A program made the position numbers and the translations under genes. This document shows, piece after piece, positions 17,404-26,954 of a DNA stretch of 60,602 nt (positions are counted from its first letter, which is position 1; every line of letters begins with the position of its first letter). The notes beneath the pieces were generated by a model. That model was not told the DNA's origin, searched no databases, and worked only from the letters and a program-made list of their open reading frames with translations. The DNA lies in NCBI GenBank assembly GCA_012519085.1, contig JAAYQX010000028.1, forward strand, positions 1 through 60,602, written 5' to 3'. The DNA comes from Clostridiaceae bacterium. GTDB lineage: Bacteria > Bacillota > Clostridia > Saccharofermentanales > DTU023.

Positions 17404-19212
17404 TCAGACAGTATTCTGTTCCGCCTGTGCCTGTATTCTGGCAGCACTGGCTTCGACAAAGTTCAGCTCATCATCAAGTATCACACCGTAGTCTGTCTCA
17501 GCCTGTTCTAAAGTTATATAACCGTTCTTGACATCTGAGATCACGGCGGATACAGGACGCAGAAGTGCATTGCCATAACCACCGCCGGTGCAAGTCACCA
17601 TGCGCACATAATCACCTTTATTGAGCACTACTCTGGCCACAATACCGAAGGGACCTTCTTTTGTGCCATCAGCTCGAAAGATCTCAAAATAATTGTATGA
17701 TCCGTCGGCACCACCGGCCAGTCCCCAAGCCGGGAACTTATTGCGACCGAAAGAAGCCGTAAATAACTGTCCGTCAGCCATAGCCCGGTAGATGCGAACT
17801 GCGCCGCTCCCACCCCGGAATTGGCCGCTGCCGGCCCCGTCCGTATTGAGACTGTATTCATCAATCATGATGCCATAGCGTCTTTCAGCCATCTCAACCG
17901 GCACATTGTAGGTCTCGCCGTCACCGACACAGAATTGACCTACTTCGCCATCTTTGCCCAGGCTGGCTCCCCAGCCGCCGCCGGTAGGCTCCACAATCAG
18001 GAACTGCTGGTCATTCAGATGATGCTGTCCCGACATAACAACAGAGCAGACAGAAAGCATATGTCCTGCACCCAGAGCTTCAGGGAAAGCTGGCGCCAGA
18101 GCATGCCAAACCGTATCCGTAGCATAGATCATACTCTCAAAATAGCAGGATGTGGGTGCCGGCCGTTCACATTCCAGAACTGATCCGGGTTCAGAAATGA
18201 CTTTCATGGGTCTGAAAACACCATCATTGACATCCAGTTCCGGATTTAAGATCGACATATAGACAACCTTGACAGCTGCCTCCAGCGAACTGCTGCCGGT
18301 ATTGATCGGACTTTTGACCTGAGGACTGCTGCCGCTAAAATCGGCAATAAATTCATCATCCGTGATCGTGACCTTAACCTTGATATTGACCGGATTACCA
18401 TAGCCATCGTCATCCATAAACTCTTCCGCCTCCCAGGTGCCTTTAGGAAAAGACTTGAGGCGCTCGCGGGCCAGTTGCTCACCTTGATCCAGCAACCTTT
18501 TCATAGAAAGGAGCAGAGTTTCAACACCGTATTTATCGGCCAGCTCATTTAATCTGCGTTCACCGGTGCGTAAGGAAGCAATCTGCCCCCACATATCGCC
18601 GTGGGCGGCTTCTGGGAATCTGGTATTGGATTTAATGATGCCTGCCAGCTGCGGATTCAGCTTACCCTTCTCAACCAGCTTTAGACCTGAGAAACATAGA
18701 CCCTCCTGGAATACTTCCGTACTATCAGTAGTAAATGAGCCGGGAGCCATACCGCCAATATCGCCCCAGTGTGCCTTATTGCCGACAAAGGCAATTAGTC
18801 TGTCACCATAGAATACCGGCATAGCCATGCCGATATCTGACAGATGGGAACCACCGCCGATATAGGGGTCATTGATAATAAAAACATCTCCGGGATGCAT
18901 ATTCTCGATGCCATGCATGGAGATCAGTTCTTTAATCAGCGGCGAGATCAGGCCGATAAAGCCACAAGCTCCATTGCCCTGCGTTAGGAGATTTCCTTCC
19001 GCATCGGCAATGCCGCTGGCATAGTCCAGAGTTTCATAAATAATCGGGCTCATTGAAGTACGGGCAAAAGCATGGAAGACTTCGTTGCCGACCGCTATCA
19101 GAGCATCCTTACAGATATCCAGTGTCACCTTGTCGATATCAGCCACTGGATTTCCCGTCTGCCGGCCAGCATCGGCATGCTGGAAAAACTGACATCTATT
19201 TGCTGCTTTCAT
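17404..19212 (-). CDS. hyuB: hydantoinase B/oxoprolinase family protein, copy 1
   Basis: 602 aa with HyuB patterns (IYETLDYASGI, NDPYIGGGSHLSD, GGGGWG-like TGGGWGA). The start overlaps the hyuA1 stop by 17 nt. SD GGGGGT. Confidence 0.85.
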   Translation of the reverse strand: MKAANRCQFFQHADAGRQTGNPVADIDKVTLDICKDALIAVGNEVFHAFARTSMSPIIYETLDYASGIADAEGNLLTQGNGACGFIGLISPLIKELISMHGIENMHPGDVFIINDPYIGGGSHLSDIGMAMPVFYGDRLIAFVGNKAHWGDIGGMAPGSFTTDSTEVFQEGLCFSGLKLVEKGKLNPQLAGIIKSNTRFPEAAHGDMWGQIASLRTGERRLNELADKYGVETLLLSMKRLLDQGEQLARERLKSFPKGTWEAEEFMDDDGYGNPVNIKVKVTITDDEFIADFSGSSPQVKSPINTGSSSLEAAVKVVYMSILNPELDVNDGVFRPMKVISEPGSVLECERPAPTSCYFESMIYATDTVWHALAPAFPEALGAGHMLSVCSVVMSGQHHLNDQQFLIVEPTGGGWGASLGKDGEVGQFCVGDGETYNVPVEMAERRYGIMIDEYSLNTDGAGSGQFRGGSGAVRIYRAMADGQLFTASFGRNKFPAWGLAGGADGSYNYFEIFRADGTKEGPFGIVARVVLNKGDYVRMVTCTGGGYGNALLRPVSAVISDVKNGYITLEQAETDYGVILDDELNFVEASAARIQAQAEQNTV

Positions 19213-21256
19213 GTCTTTTTACCCCCGTTTCAATAATCAGATTGCCATATTCATCCACCATCAGCTCTTGGCCGGGCAACACTACTGTAGTTGCAGTTTT
19301 CTCATCAACCAATAAGGGACCGGCAGCGCTGAAACCCGCCTTTAGATCCGGACGGAAATACACAGGAGTATCCCGCCAGATACCATCCTCGTACAGGACC
19401 TTGCGCTCACCAATAGGGGTTATTTCTTCCCCCTCCAGGACCGGAATCTTGGCCAATTCCGGCTTATCTAAAATTCCCAGCGCTATGAGATGGAAATTGA
19501 CAATCTCGACCGGTGTTCCATCCAGCCTGAAAGTATAAAAATGTTCATGCCTCTGGTGAAAGGACTCAACCAGACCCAGGCCGGTATCATCTTCCCAGTT
19601 ATCGACGGTCATGACCGGTACAGTATGTTCCTGACCTTGATATCGCATATCTACTACGGCCTGATACTGGATTTCATTATCGCCCAGCCCTTCCGCGTGC
19701 ATGCGCTCATCAGCCTTGGTTTTTAATTCAGACCAGATAGCATTGATTTCCGCTGCCGGAGTTGTCTCCAGCGGACAAATATGAGTTCTGATCCAGTCAT
19801 GTCTAATATCAGTCATCAGCATGCCCCAGGCTGAGAAGACCGCGGCGGAATTCGGAACAATCACACGGTGGGCCATCAGATCACGAGCCAAAGCCGCGCT
19901 ATGCATCGGACCTCCACCGCCATGGGCGACCATGACAAACTCTCTGGGATCGTATCCGCGACGTACAGAAATTAACTTTAGCGCATTGACCATATTGGAT
20001 TCGGCTACACGGATAATATCCAATGCTGCCTGTTCGCAGCTGATACCCAAAGGCTTGGCAATTTTTTCTTCAATCGCTGCCCTGATTAGGTCAAGATCGA
20101 CAGGATTGTCAAAATATTCGCCTGACAAGCGACCTGTGACCAAGCAAGCATCCGTAGTAGTAGGCTCTGTGCCGCCCAAACCATAAGCGACCGGACCCGG
20201 TTTGGCACCTGCAGAATTGGGTCCTACACGCAGCGAACCGGCAGCATCGACATGGGCTATCGAACCACCGCCATTGCCGATCTCAACAATATCAATAACC
20301 GGTACCATGACCGGATAACCCGCATAGCGCTCTGTCCGCTCAATTCTATATTCAGTAGTAATGTTGGCTTGTCCTTTGTCAATTAAAGAACATTTGGCCG
20401 TAGTACCGCCGATATCCATAGAAATAATATTTTCCTCACCGATCATTCCACCCAGGATAGCAGAGCCCAAAACACCGGCTACCGGCCCTGATTCCAGAAG
20501 ATTGATTGGTGTTCTCCGCGCCAGTTCAAAAGTAGTGCTGCCCCCGTTCGATTGCATAACATATTTTCTGCCAAAGATACCATCTGCTTGTAATCCGGCA
20601 TCCAGACGATCCAGATAAGAGGAGGCAATCGGCATAACATAGGAATTTAAAACAACAGTAGATGTGCGCTCATATTCACGCCACTCTCTGGTGACTTCCG
20701 CCGAAGCAGTAACAAAAACTTCCGGCCAAGCAGCTTTGACTATTTCCAGTGCCCGCATCTCATGCTTATCATTGATATAGGAATTAATAAAGCAGATAGC
20801 AATACTCTCTACTCCTTCTTTCTTTAGAGCCTCCACACACTGCAAAACATCATCTTCTACCAACTCAGTGACGATCGAACCATCAGTAGCTACCCGCTCT
20901 GTAACTTCCAGTCGCAGGTACCTCGGCACGAAAGGACGAGGCTTGGCGAAGACCAGATTAAATAAATCCGGGCGATTGCAGCGAGCAATTTCCAGGATGT
21001 CCCGGAAGCCTTTGGTTGTAATCAGTGCTGTCTTCGCTCCACTGCGTTCTGTTAAAGCATTAATAATTGTGGTTGTACCATGAAGAAACATCTCAATCTC
21101 ATTTGCAGGCAGACCACTTTCCTCAATAACATTTAGAACACCATTTTCAAAATTGGGCGGTGTTGTGTGACTTTTTAAAGTAATTAGCTTGCCGTTACCG
21201 TCCAGTGCAACCAGATCAGTAAAGGTTCCGCCAATATCCGTTGCTACTCTAGTCAT
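19196..21256 (-). CDS. hyuA: hydantoinase/oxoprolinase A family protein, copy 1
   Basis: Contains VATDIGGTFTD, TERSGAKTALITTKGFRD and DIGGTTAK motifs. ATG 21256 (SD GAGGT) is preferred over the track start 21298. Confidence 0.85.
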   Translation of the reverse strand: MTRVATDIGGTFTDLVALDGNGKLITLKSHTTPPNFENGVLNVIEESGLPANEIEMFLHGTTTIINALTERSGAKTALITTKGFRDILEIARCNRPDLFNLVFAKPRPFVPRYLRLEVTERVATDGSIVTELVEDDVLQCVEALKKEGVESIAICFINSYINDKHEMRALEIVKAAWPEVFVTASAEVTREWREYERTSTVVLNSYVMPIASSYLDRLDAGLQADGIFGRKYVMQSNGGSTTFELARRTPINLLESGPVAGVLGSAILGGMIGEENIISMDIGGTTAKCSLIDKGQANITTEYRIERTERYAGYPVMVPVIDIVEIGNGGGSIAHVDAAGSLRVGPNSAGAKPGPVAYGLGGTEPTTTDACLVTGRLSGEYFDNPVDLDLIRAAIEEKIAKPLGISCEQAALDIIRVAESNMVNALKLISVRRGYDPREFVMVAHGGGGPMHSAALARDLMAHRVIVPNSAAVFSAWGMLMTDIRHDWIRTHICPLETTPAAEINAIWSELKTKADERMHAEGLGDNEIQYQAVVDMRYQGQEHTVPVMTVDNWEDDTGLGLVESFHQRHEHFYTFRLDGTPVEIVNFHLIALGILDKPELAKIPVLEGEEITPIGERKVLYEDGIWRDTPVYFRPDLKAGFSAAGPLLVDEKTATTVVLPGQELMVDEYGNLIIETGVKRHESSK

Positions 21257-21357
21257 ATTTGTTGACCTCATTTCTTGAATATGCCGCATTTGCCGCATCT
21301 ATTAAACACTCAGGAAGAGAGTTATTAATCGCTCCCGAGTCAATATCTAATCTATAT

Positions 21358-21681
21358 CTATTTGTCATCGACGAAGTTCCAGACCAATTCGCAATCAGTG
21401 TCCCCATCATTGATGCTCTCATGTACTGCACCGGCCGGGATATGGCAACTCATGCCTGCTGAAACTCTATACTCAACACCGGACACAGTTACTTTGATCG
21501 AACCGCTAATGATATAAGAAAACTCATGTTGTTCATGTGTGCCGGGAGGAACATGGGTACCGGGTGCAAAAACAGCAGTCCCCTGCTTAAAGCCTAGATC
21601 AGGCTCTGAAAACAGGTCCATCATAACCAGACCATCCGGTCGAACTACTGCTTCCAACTGAGCGGGATCAGCTACTTTCAT
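21358..21681 (-). CDS. cupin domain protein (107 aa)
   Basis: Single cupin_2-like barrel (GTHEQHEFSYIISGS...GAVHESIN). SD GGAGGTG. Confidence 0.7.
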   Translation of the reverse strand: MKVADPAQLEAVVRPDGLVMMDLFSEPDLGFKQGTAVFAPGTHVPPGTHEQHEFSYIISGSIKVTVSGVEYRVSAGMSCHIPAGAVHESINDGDTDCELVWNFVDDK

Positions 21682-21706
21682 TTATTTCACCTCCAAATCG
21701 AGATAC

Positions 21707-21732
21707 GGCACCGGAGAGAAAACTCCGGTGCC
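21707..21732 (-). other. perfect 10-bp GC-rich stem-loop between permease and cupin genes
   Basis: GGCACCGGAG (21707-21716), loop AGAAAA, then CTCCGGTGCC (21723-21732). On the coding (minus) strand it is preceded, not followed, by a U-run. Confidence 0.6.
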
Positions 21733-21799
21733 AAAAAGTTTCTAATAGTTTCTAAGCTGCAATTACAGTGCAACTTTTTTACTGCTTGCTGCACAGCGT

Positions 21800-23134
21800 C
21801 TATGACTTAAAGCGCTCCGCTGCAAAGACACCGTTCGGATTTGATTTGGTCTGATAGTAGGACAGAATGTAGTAAAGCGCCCCGGTTATCAGATAACTCT
21901 GGACCGCAGGAATTCCGATCCGATATACATATTGTGTGACATAGCCAAGAGCCAATCCTACGACCAAAGCCACAGTTGCTACCCAGTTCCAGCCCTGCTT
22001 GTCTTGCCATTTTTTCTTGTTCAGGATTAAGACATCGACCACCATGATAGAGCCAACCGGCGGGAAGAGCAATGAAGTCAGGATTAAGAAATCCGTGAAA
22101 CGATCCAGAATGCCCAACAGAGCAGCAACCAAGGCAATACCGATCGCAACAGATGTTGTGATCTTGCGACCTCTCTCCGTCTTGACATCAGCCATATTGC
22201 AAGCACTTAAGCCCAAAGAATATCCGTTGACCAGCTGAGAAGTCCACTGCGCCAGCCACAGGACGATGAAGCCCCACCAGCCGAAACCGAGCTCCTGCAT
22301 TATCTTTACGATATCATAGGTATCTCTGCCTACGCCCATTGCGGCCCCCATCATGAAGAGCAAAAAGCCGGTTGATATAACACCCAGGGGAACCAGGAAT
22401 GCATGCTTCTTTTCCGGCTTAACATTGCGCGTATAGTCCGCCATGATTATCATCTGACTGACATTCGTTCCAACCAGAACGCCAATCGCATCTTGCATCG
22501 GTATCACATTTCCGGCAGCAGGCGTGTAATTCCAGATAGTGCCAAAGCCGACATCTTTAATTGCCAGATAGAAAGCGGCGATCAAGAAGAGTAGTCCGGC
22601 CGGCACAGCGATATAGTCAACGATCTTGATCGATGTATAGCCCATGATCGCCGGCACGGCAAAGACAATTCCCGCTACAATAGTTAAGAGAATAAAGGCC
22701 AGCTTATTTTCCGAATAATCAATACCTAATAGGGCGCAGAGAGCATCACCCGTAACTGCTGTCTGTATACCCCACCAGCCCAAGACATTGAAGGTAATAA
22801 TACCTGAAATTATTGTTCTGGATTGCAGGGCCCCAAAAGAAGACCGGGTAATAGCCGTGGACGATCTGCCGGTCACAGCACCGACATAACTGTTCAGTGC
22901 ATCTGTAGGCCAGGTAATCAGCAGCAGAACGCCCAAGACAGTAAATAAAAACCTCTTGGTTCCCAGGCCGGAAACAAGTCCTGCTCCGCCCATGATAACG
23001 CTGATTGTGAATTCACATCCGGCCCAAACTATCGCTGCAGGAAGCCAGCTTTCACGCTTATTAAGCGGGATTGGCGTCATACCTGCCTCATTGATATTAA
23101 GTTCATTGGTAGAAATTTTGTCTCCAGTGCTCAT
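21800..23134 (-). CDS. NCS1-family (purine-cytosine/hydantoin-type) permease
   Basis: About 444 aa, 12-TM-like, with a CodB/NCS1-like N-terminal pattern (PIPLNKRESW...WAGCEF). ATG 23134 (SD AGGAGAGG) is preferred over the track start 23236, which overlaps hyuB2. Confidence 0.8.
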   Translation of the reverse strand: MSTGDKISTNELNINEAGMTPIPLNKRESWLPAAIVWAGCEFTISVIMGGAGLVSGLGTKRFLFTVLGVLLLITWPTDALNSYVGAVTGRSSTAITRSSFGALQSRTIISGIITFNVLGWWGIQTAVTGDALCALLGIDYSENKLAFILLTIVAGIVFAVPAIMGYTSIKIVDYIAVPAGLLFLIAAFYLAIKDVGFGTIWNYTPAAGNVIPMQDAIGVLVGTNVSQMIIMADYTRNVKPEKKHAFLVPLGVISTGFLLFMMGAAMGVGRDTYDIVKIMQELGFGWWGFIVLWLAQWTSQLVNGYSLGLSACNMADVKTERGRKITTSVAIGIALVAALLGILDRFTDFLILTSLLFPPVGSIMVVDVLILNKKKWQDKQGWNWVATVALVVGLALGYVTQYVYRIGIPAVQSYLITGALYYILSYYQTKSNPNGVFAAERFKS

Positions 23135-23147
23135 AATGTCTCCTCTC

Positions 23148-24875
23148 CTATTGACGGGCCAGGCGGGTAGCTTCCTCGTCCAGCTCGCCGCTTTCCTCAT
23201 CAATAACAACACCGTAGTCTTGTCTTGCCTCTTCAATCGTGATCATTTCATCACGAATATCTCTCAGGACAGATTCAACCGGCCTCTTCAGCGGATCGCC
23301 ATAGCCACCGCCGCCTCCCGTAATAAATCTGACCAGATCGCCTTCGACCATGGGTTCATGTGACCAGGTAGCACGCGTCTCGGCGCTACTGCCGTCAGCC
23401 TTGAACAGTGTCACTGCGTTGGGGGAACCGTCTTTACCGCCGGCAAAACCCCAGGGTGGATACTTATAGCGGCTGGCCATAGTCGTCAGCTCCGCATTTG
23501 AATTCAGGACTCGATAATCTCTGATCAGTCCTTTACCGCCACGATATTCACCGGCGCCGGATACAGGATTGAAAGCAAACTGCTCAACGCGCAGCGGATA
23601 TCTGAATTCACAGACTTCCACCGGGATGACATATGTCTCACCATCACAAATGGCTACGAGACCGTTCTCACCATCCTTGTTGTAGCCGGCGCCCCAGCCC
23701 CCGGCTTGCGGCTCACTAAGCACGAAAGGACTGCCTGTTTTATCATCGATGCCGCCGATAATTGTACCCACAATCGAGAGGAAGTGGCCTGCGGCAACTC
23801 TCTCCGGCATTGCGGGTGCCATCGCTTTCAACACGACATCAGTCAAAATCTGAATCGGCTCCCAATCACAGGACACCGGATATGGTTTCTTCGCATTGAA
23901 AAGACAGTTTTCGGGAGCGATGACCTTGATCGGACTGTAAAACCCGTCGTTAGCGGCAGTATGTGGTGAAACCAAAGCCTGATAGACTATCCTGGCACCT
24001 GATAGAGCACCGTAATACGAACAGTTGATCGGCGCAAAGACCGCATCGCCCGTTCCGGTATAGTCTAGCTCGAAAGTATCGTCCGTGATCGTAACCTTGA
24101 CTTTGATGGGAATATCTTCAACATTGTTGGAATTCGTGTCTAGGATATCTTCTGCATAGAAAGTGCCTTTAGGCATTTTCTGCAGTTCCAGCAAGGCCAG
24201 CTTACGGCCGTTATCCAAGATATACTCCAGGCTCTCTATAACATTATCCCGGCCATATTTGTCAAAAATCTCCAGAATCCTGCTTTCCGCTGTCTTTAGA
24301 GCTGCAGTTTGAGCATACAGATCACCCAAAGTCATTTCCGGTGTACGGCAGTTAGCGGCAATGATATCCTTGACAGATTCATTGAACACTCCGCCGTCAT
24401 AAATGCGAATATCCGGCAGGATCAAACCTTCCTGAAAGATTTCTTTGGTATCGGTCGCCCAGCTGCCCAAATTGGTACCGCCGATCTCATTCCAATGCCC
24501 CTTGTTGACAGCGAACATAACCAGCTCGCCCTCATAGAAAATCGGCAATACTGCGGCGACATCGCAGAGATGTGTTCCGGATCCGGTATAGGGGTCATTG
24601 GTCAGGAACATATCCCCCGGCTTTAAATTTTCTTTGCCGAATTTTTCAAGCACTGCTTTGGCAGAAAAAGTAATAGCACCCAGGAACATGGTGGCACCAT
24701 TGGCCTGGCCAATGAGATGACCCTCCGCATCAGTTAATCCGCAAGCATAGTCAAGCACCTCATAAATAATGGTACTTTGGCTTGTTCGGCCCCAGGTATA
24801 GAACATTTCATCTGCGGCAGCCAGTAAACTTTGCGAAATATTCTCACGAGTAAATGGATCGAGTTTCTTTGTCAT
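23148..24875 (-). CDS. hyuB: hydantoinase B/oxoprolinase family protein, copy 2
   Basis: 575 aa with IYEVLDYACGL, NDPYTGSGTHLCD and QAGGWGAG. SD GGAGGAA lies inside the end of hyuA2. Confidence 0.85.
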   Translation of the reverse strand: MTKKLDPFTRENISQSLLAAADEMFYTWGRTSQSTIIYEVLDYACGLTDAEGHLIGQANGATMFLGAITFSAKAVLEKFGKENLKPGDMFLTNDPYTGSGTHLCDVAAVLPIFYEGELVMFAVNKGHWNEIGGTNLGSWATDTKEIFQEGLILPDIRIYDGGVFNESVKDIIAANCRTPEMTLGDLYAQTAALKTAESRILEIFDKYGRDNVIESLEYILDNGRKLALLELQKMPKGTFYAEDILDTNSNNVEDIPIKVKVTITDDTFELDYTGTGDAVFAPINCSYYGALSGARIVYQALVSPHTAANDGFYSPIKVIAPENCLFNAKKPYPVSCDWEPIQILTDVVLKAMAPAMPERVAAGHFLSIVGTIIGGIDDKTGSPFVLSEPQAGGWGAGYNKDGENGLVAICDGETYVIPVEVCEFRYPLRVEQFAFNPVSGAGEYRGGKGLIRDYRVLNSNAELTTMASRYKYPPWGFAGGKDGSPNAVTLFKADGSSAETRATWSHEPMVEGDLVRFITGGGGGYGDPLKRPVESVLRDIRDEMITIEEARQDYGVVIDEESGELDEEATRLARQ

Positions 24876-24877
24876 GG

Positions 24878-26938
24878 CTATTCCTCCAAATTACTAATGA
24901 TCAGATTTCCCAGATCATCAACTATCAGCTCTTGTCCCGGACACATAACAGTAACTGATTTGCTCTCTTCAACAACAGCCGGACCTAGAATGGTATGGCC
25001 GGGTTCCAGTAAAGCGCGATCATAAACAGGGGCCAGCTTAACGCCGTCACCTTCATACATAACATTGCGCTCGCCTTTCAGAGCTGCTGCCAGTTCCCTG
25101 CCGGTGACCTCCAGCTTCTTAACTTCCGGCTTAGCCACTACGCCGAAGACCGTCATATTGAAGCTAACGAACTCGACCGGAGCACCTTCCAGCTTAAAAC
25201 GATAATTCTGATAGTGGAGATCATCAAATTTCTTTCTGGCAGCCTCGATAGCCGCCACATCCAGCAATCCGCCCGCCACAGGTGTAACTACACCGTGTTC
25301 TTGGCCGATATAGCGCATCTCCGCCGATCTTTGGATCAGCAGTTTATCCTTAGGAATATCCTGCTTGGCAAAGATTTCTTCCGCCTGCGCCTCCATATCA
25401 TCATAGATAGAGTTAATCACTTCCAAATCAGCACCTGTAACCGGCATGATATTGGTCTGCATAAAGTCTTGTCTTAAATCGGAAACCAGCATGCCCCAGG
25501 CTGAGAATGTACCAGGTAGATTCGGCACAATGACCTTCTTAACCTTAAGTTCTTTGGCCAACTGGGGACCGAAACCTGCCCCGTTGCCGCCTTGAACGAG
25601 CATGGCAAAATCTTGAGGGTCATATCCTCTGCGAACAGAGATCAACTTCAGCGCATTCAGCATATTGCTGTTAGCGGTCTGAATGATGCCTTGAGCCGCC
25701 TCCTCAATGCTGATATTGAAGAATTCAGCGATCGGCTTAACAGCCTCTCTGGCTTTCTCGACATTAACTTTGAAAGTACCGCCCAGGAAATTATCGGCAC
25801 TAATGCGACCGATAATCAGATTGGCATCAGTCAAGGTCGGCTCGGTACCGCCCAAGTCATAACAGGCCGGCCCGGGATGGGCACCGGCACTTCTGGGACC
25901 GACTTTCAGTACACCGACTTCATCAATCCAGGCAATTGAGCCGCCGCCATTACCAATCTCGATAATATCAACCACCGGTGTTTTGACGGGATGACCGGCA
26001 AATAAAGGTGTCCATTCCAATTTGTATTCCGTGGTAACATTAAGCTCACCTTTATTAATCAGAGAAGTTTTTGCAGTCGTACCGCCGACGTCAAAAGTAA
26101 TGATATTGGGTTCACCCATGATCTCACCCAGAGCTGCCGCACCGATAACGCCGCCTACAGGTCCGGACTCAATCAGATTGATCGGGATCTCTTTGGCTCT
26201 GGAGAAAGTAGCGGTACCACCATTGCTGAGCATGGCATGGGGCTCGCCGATCAGCTTTTTGTCATGCAGATGCTCTTCCAGAGTATCCAGATACAGCTGG
26301 GTAGAAGGCATGACATAGGCATTGAGCACAGTCGTACTGGTCCGCTCATATTCACGCCAGATACGGGCCAGATTGGAAGAGATACTGATGGGAACTCCGG
26401 GCAATTCTTCACGCAGAATCTGCTCGGCGCGCTCTTCTGCTGTCGGATTCTTATAGGAATGAAGGAAAGATACGGCAACCGCTTCGACACCGTTATCTTT
26501 CATTTTTTGAGCCACAGCTCTGACTTCAGCCTCATCAAGCTCTTTCAACACTTCACCGTCAAAGGCGACGCGCTCATTAACTTCATAGCGCAGATAACGA
26601 GGAACATAAGGTACGGGTTTTTTGTAAAAATAATTGTACATATCAGGGCGGTTGGCGCGACCGATGTCGAGCACATCCCTAAAGCCCTTTGTCGTCAGCA
26701 ATGCAGTCTTAGCACCGCTTCTTTCTGTAACAGCATTAATAACAACTGTCGTGCCATGCACAAAGTAATTAACTTCTTCCAGATTGATCCCTGCAATATC
26801 GATCGCATCTTCAACACCGCGAGCGAAATTATCTGGAGTGGTATGTGTCTTTTCTTCGATGATCTTTCCTGTCGTCTCGTCCAGACAGACAAAATCGGTA
26901 AATGTTCCCCCGATGTCTACTGCGACTCTTAAGGACAT
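24878..26938 (-). CDS. hyuA: hydantoinase/oxoprolinase A family protein, copy 2
   Basis: 686 aa with VAVDIGGTFTD, TERSGAKTALLTTKGFRD and DVGGTTAK. SD GGAGGT. Confidence 0.85.
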   Translation of the reverse strand: MSLRVAVDIGGTFTDFVCLDETTGKIIEEKTHTTPDNFARGVEDAIDIAGINLEEVNYFVHGTTVVINAVTERSGAKTALLTTKGFRDVLDIGRANRPDMYNYFYKKPVPYVPRYLRYEVNERVAFDGEVLKELDEAEVRAVAQKMKDNGVEAVAVSFLHSYKNPTAEERAEQILREELPGVPISISSNLARIWREYERTSTTVLNAYVMPSTQLYLDTLEEHLHDKKLIGEPHAMLSNGGTATFSRAKEIPINLIESGPVGGVIGAAALGEIMGEPNIITFDVGGTTAKTSLINKGELNVTTEYKLEWTPLFAGHPVKTPVVDIIEIGNGGGSIAWIDEVGVLKVGPRSAGAHPGPACYDLGGTEPTLTDANLIIGRISADNFLGGTFKVNVEKAREAVKPIAEFFNISIEEAAQGIIQTANSNMLNALKLISVRRGYDPQDFAMLVQGGNGAGFGPQLAKELKVKKVIVPNLPGTFSAWGMLVSDLRQDFMQTNIMPVTGADLEVINSIYDDMEAQAEEIFAKQDIPKDKLLIQRSAEMRYIGQEHGVVTPVAGGLLDVAAIEAARKKFDDLHYQNYRFKLEGAPVEFVSFNMTVFGVVAKPEVKKLEVTGRELAAALKGERNVMYEGDGVKLAPVYDRALLEPGHTILGPAVVEESKSVTVMCPGQELIVDDLGNLIISNLEE

Positions 26939-26954
26939 ATTTCAACCTCCAAAC

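Noticed and set aside
21282-21298. Tandem ATGCGGCA-A-ATGCGGCA (minus strand) just upstream of hyuA1, also giving alternative in-frame ATGs
   Set aside because: It is a short 8-mer duplication. The upstream ATGs lack an SD, whereas ATG 21256 has GAGGT. There is not enough to call a binding site.
26237-26932. 231-aa plus-strand ORF
   Set aside because: It is antisense to hyuA2, and the composition is typical of a shadow ORF.
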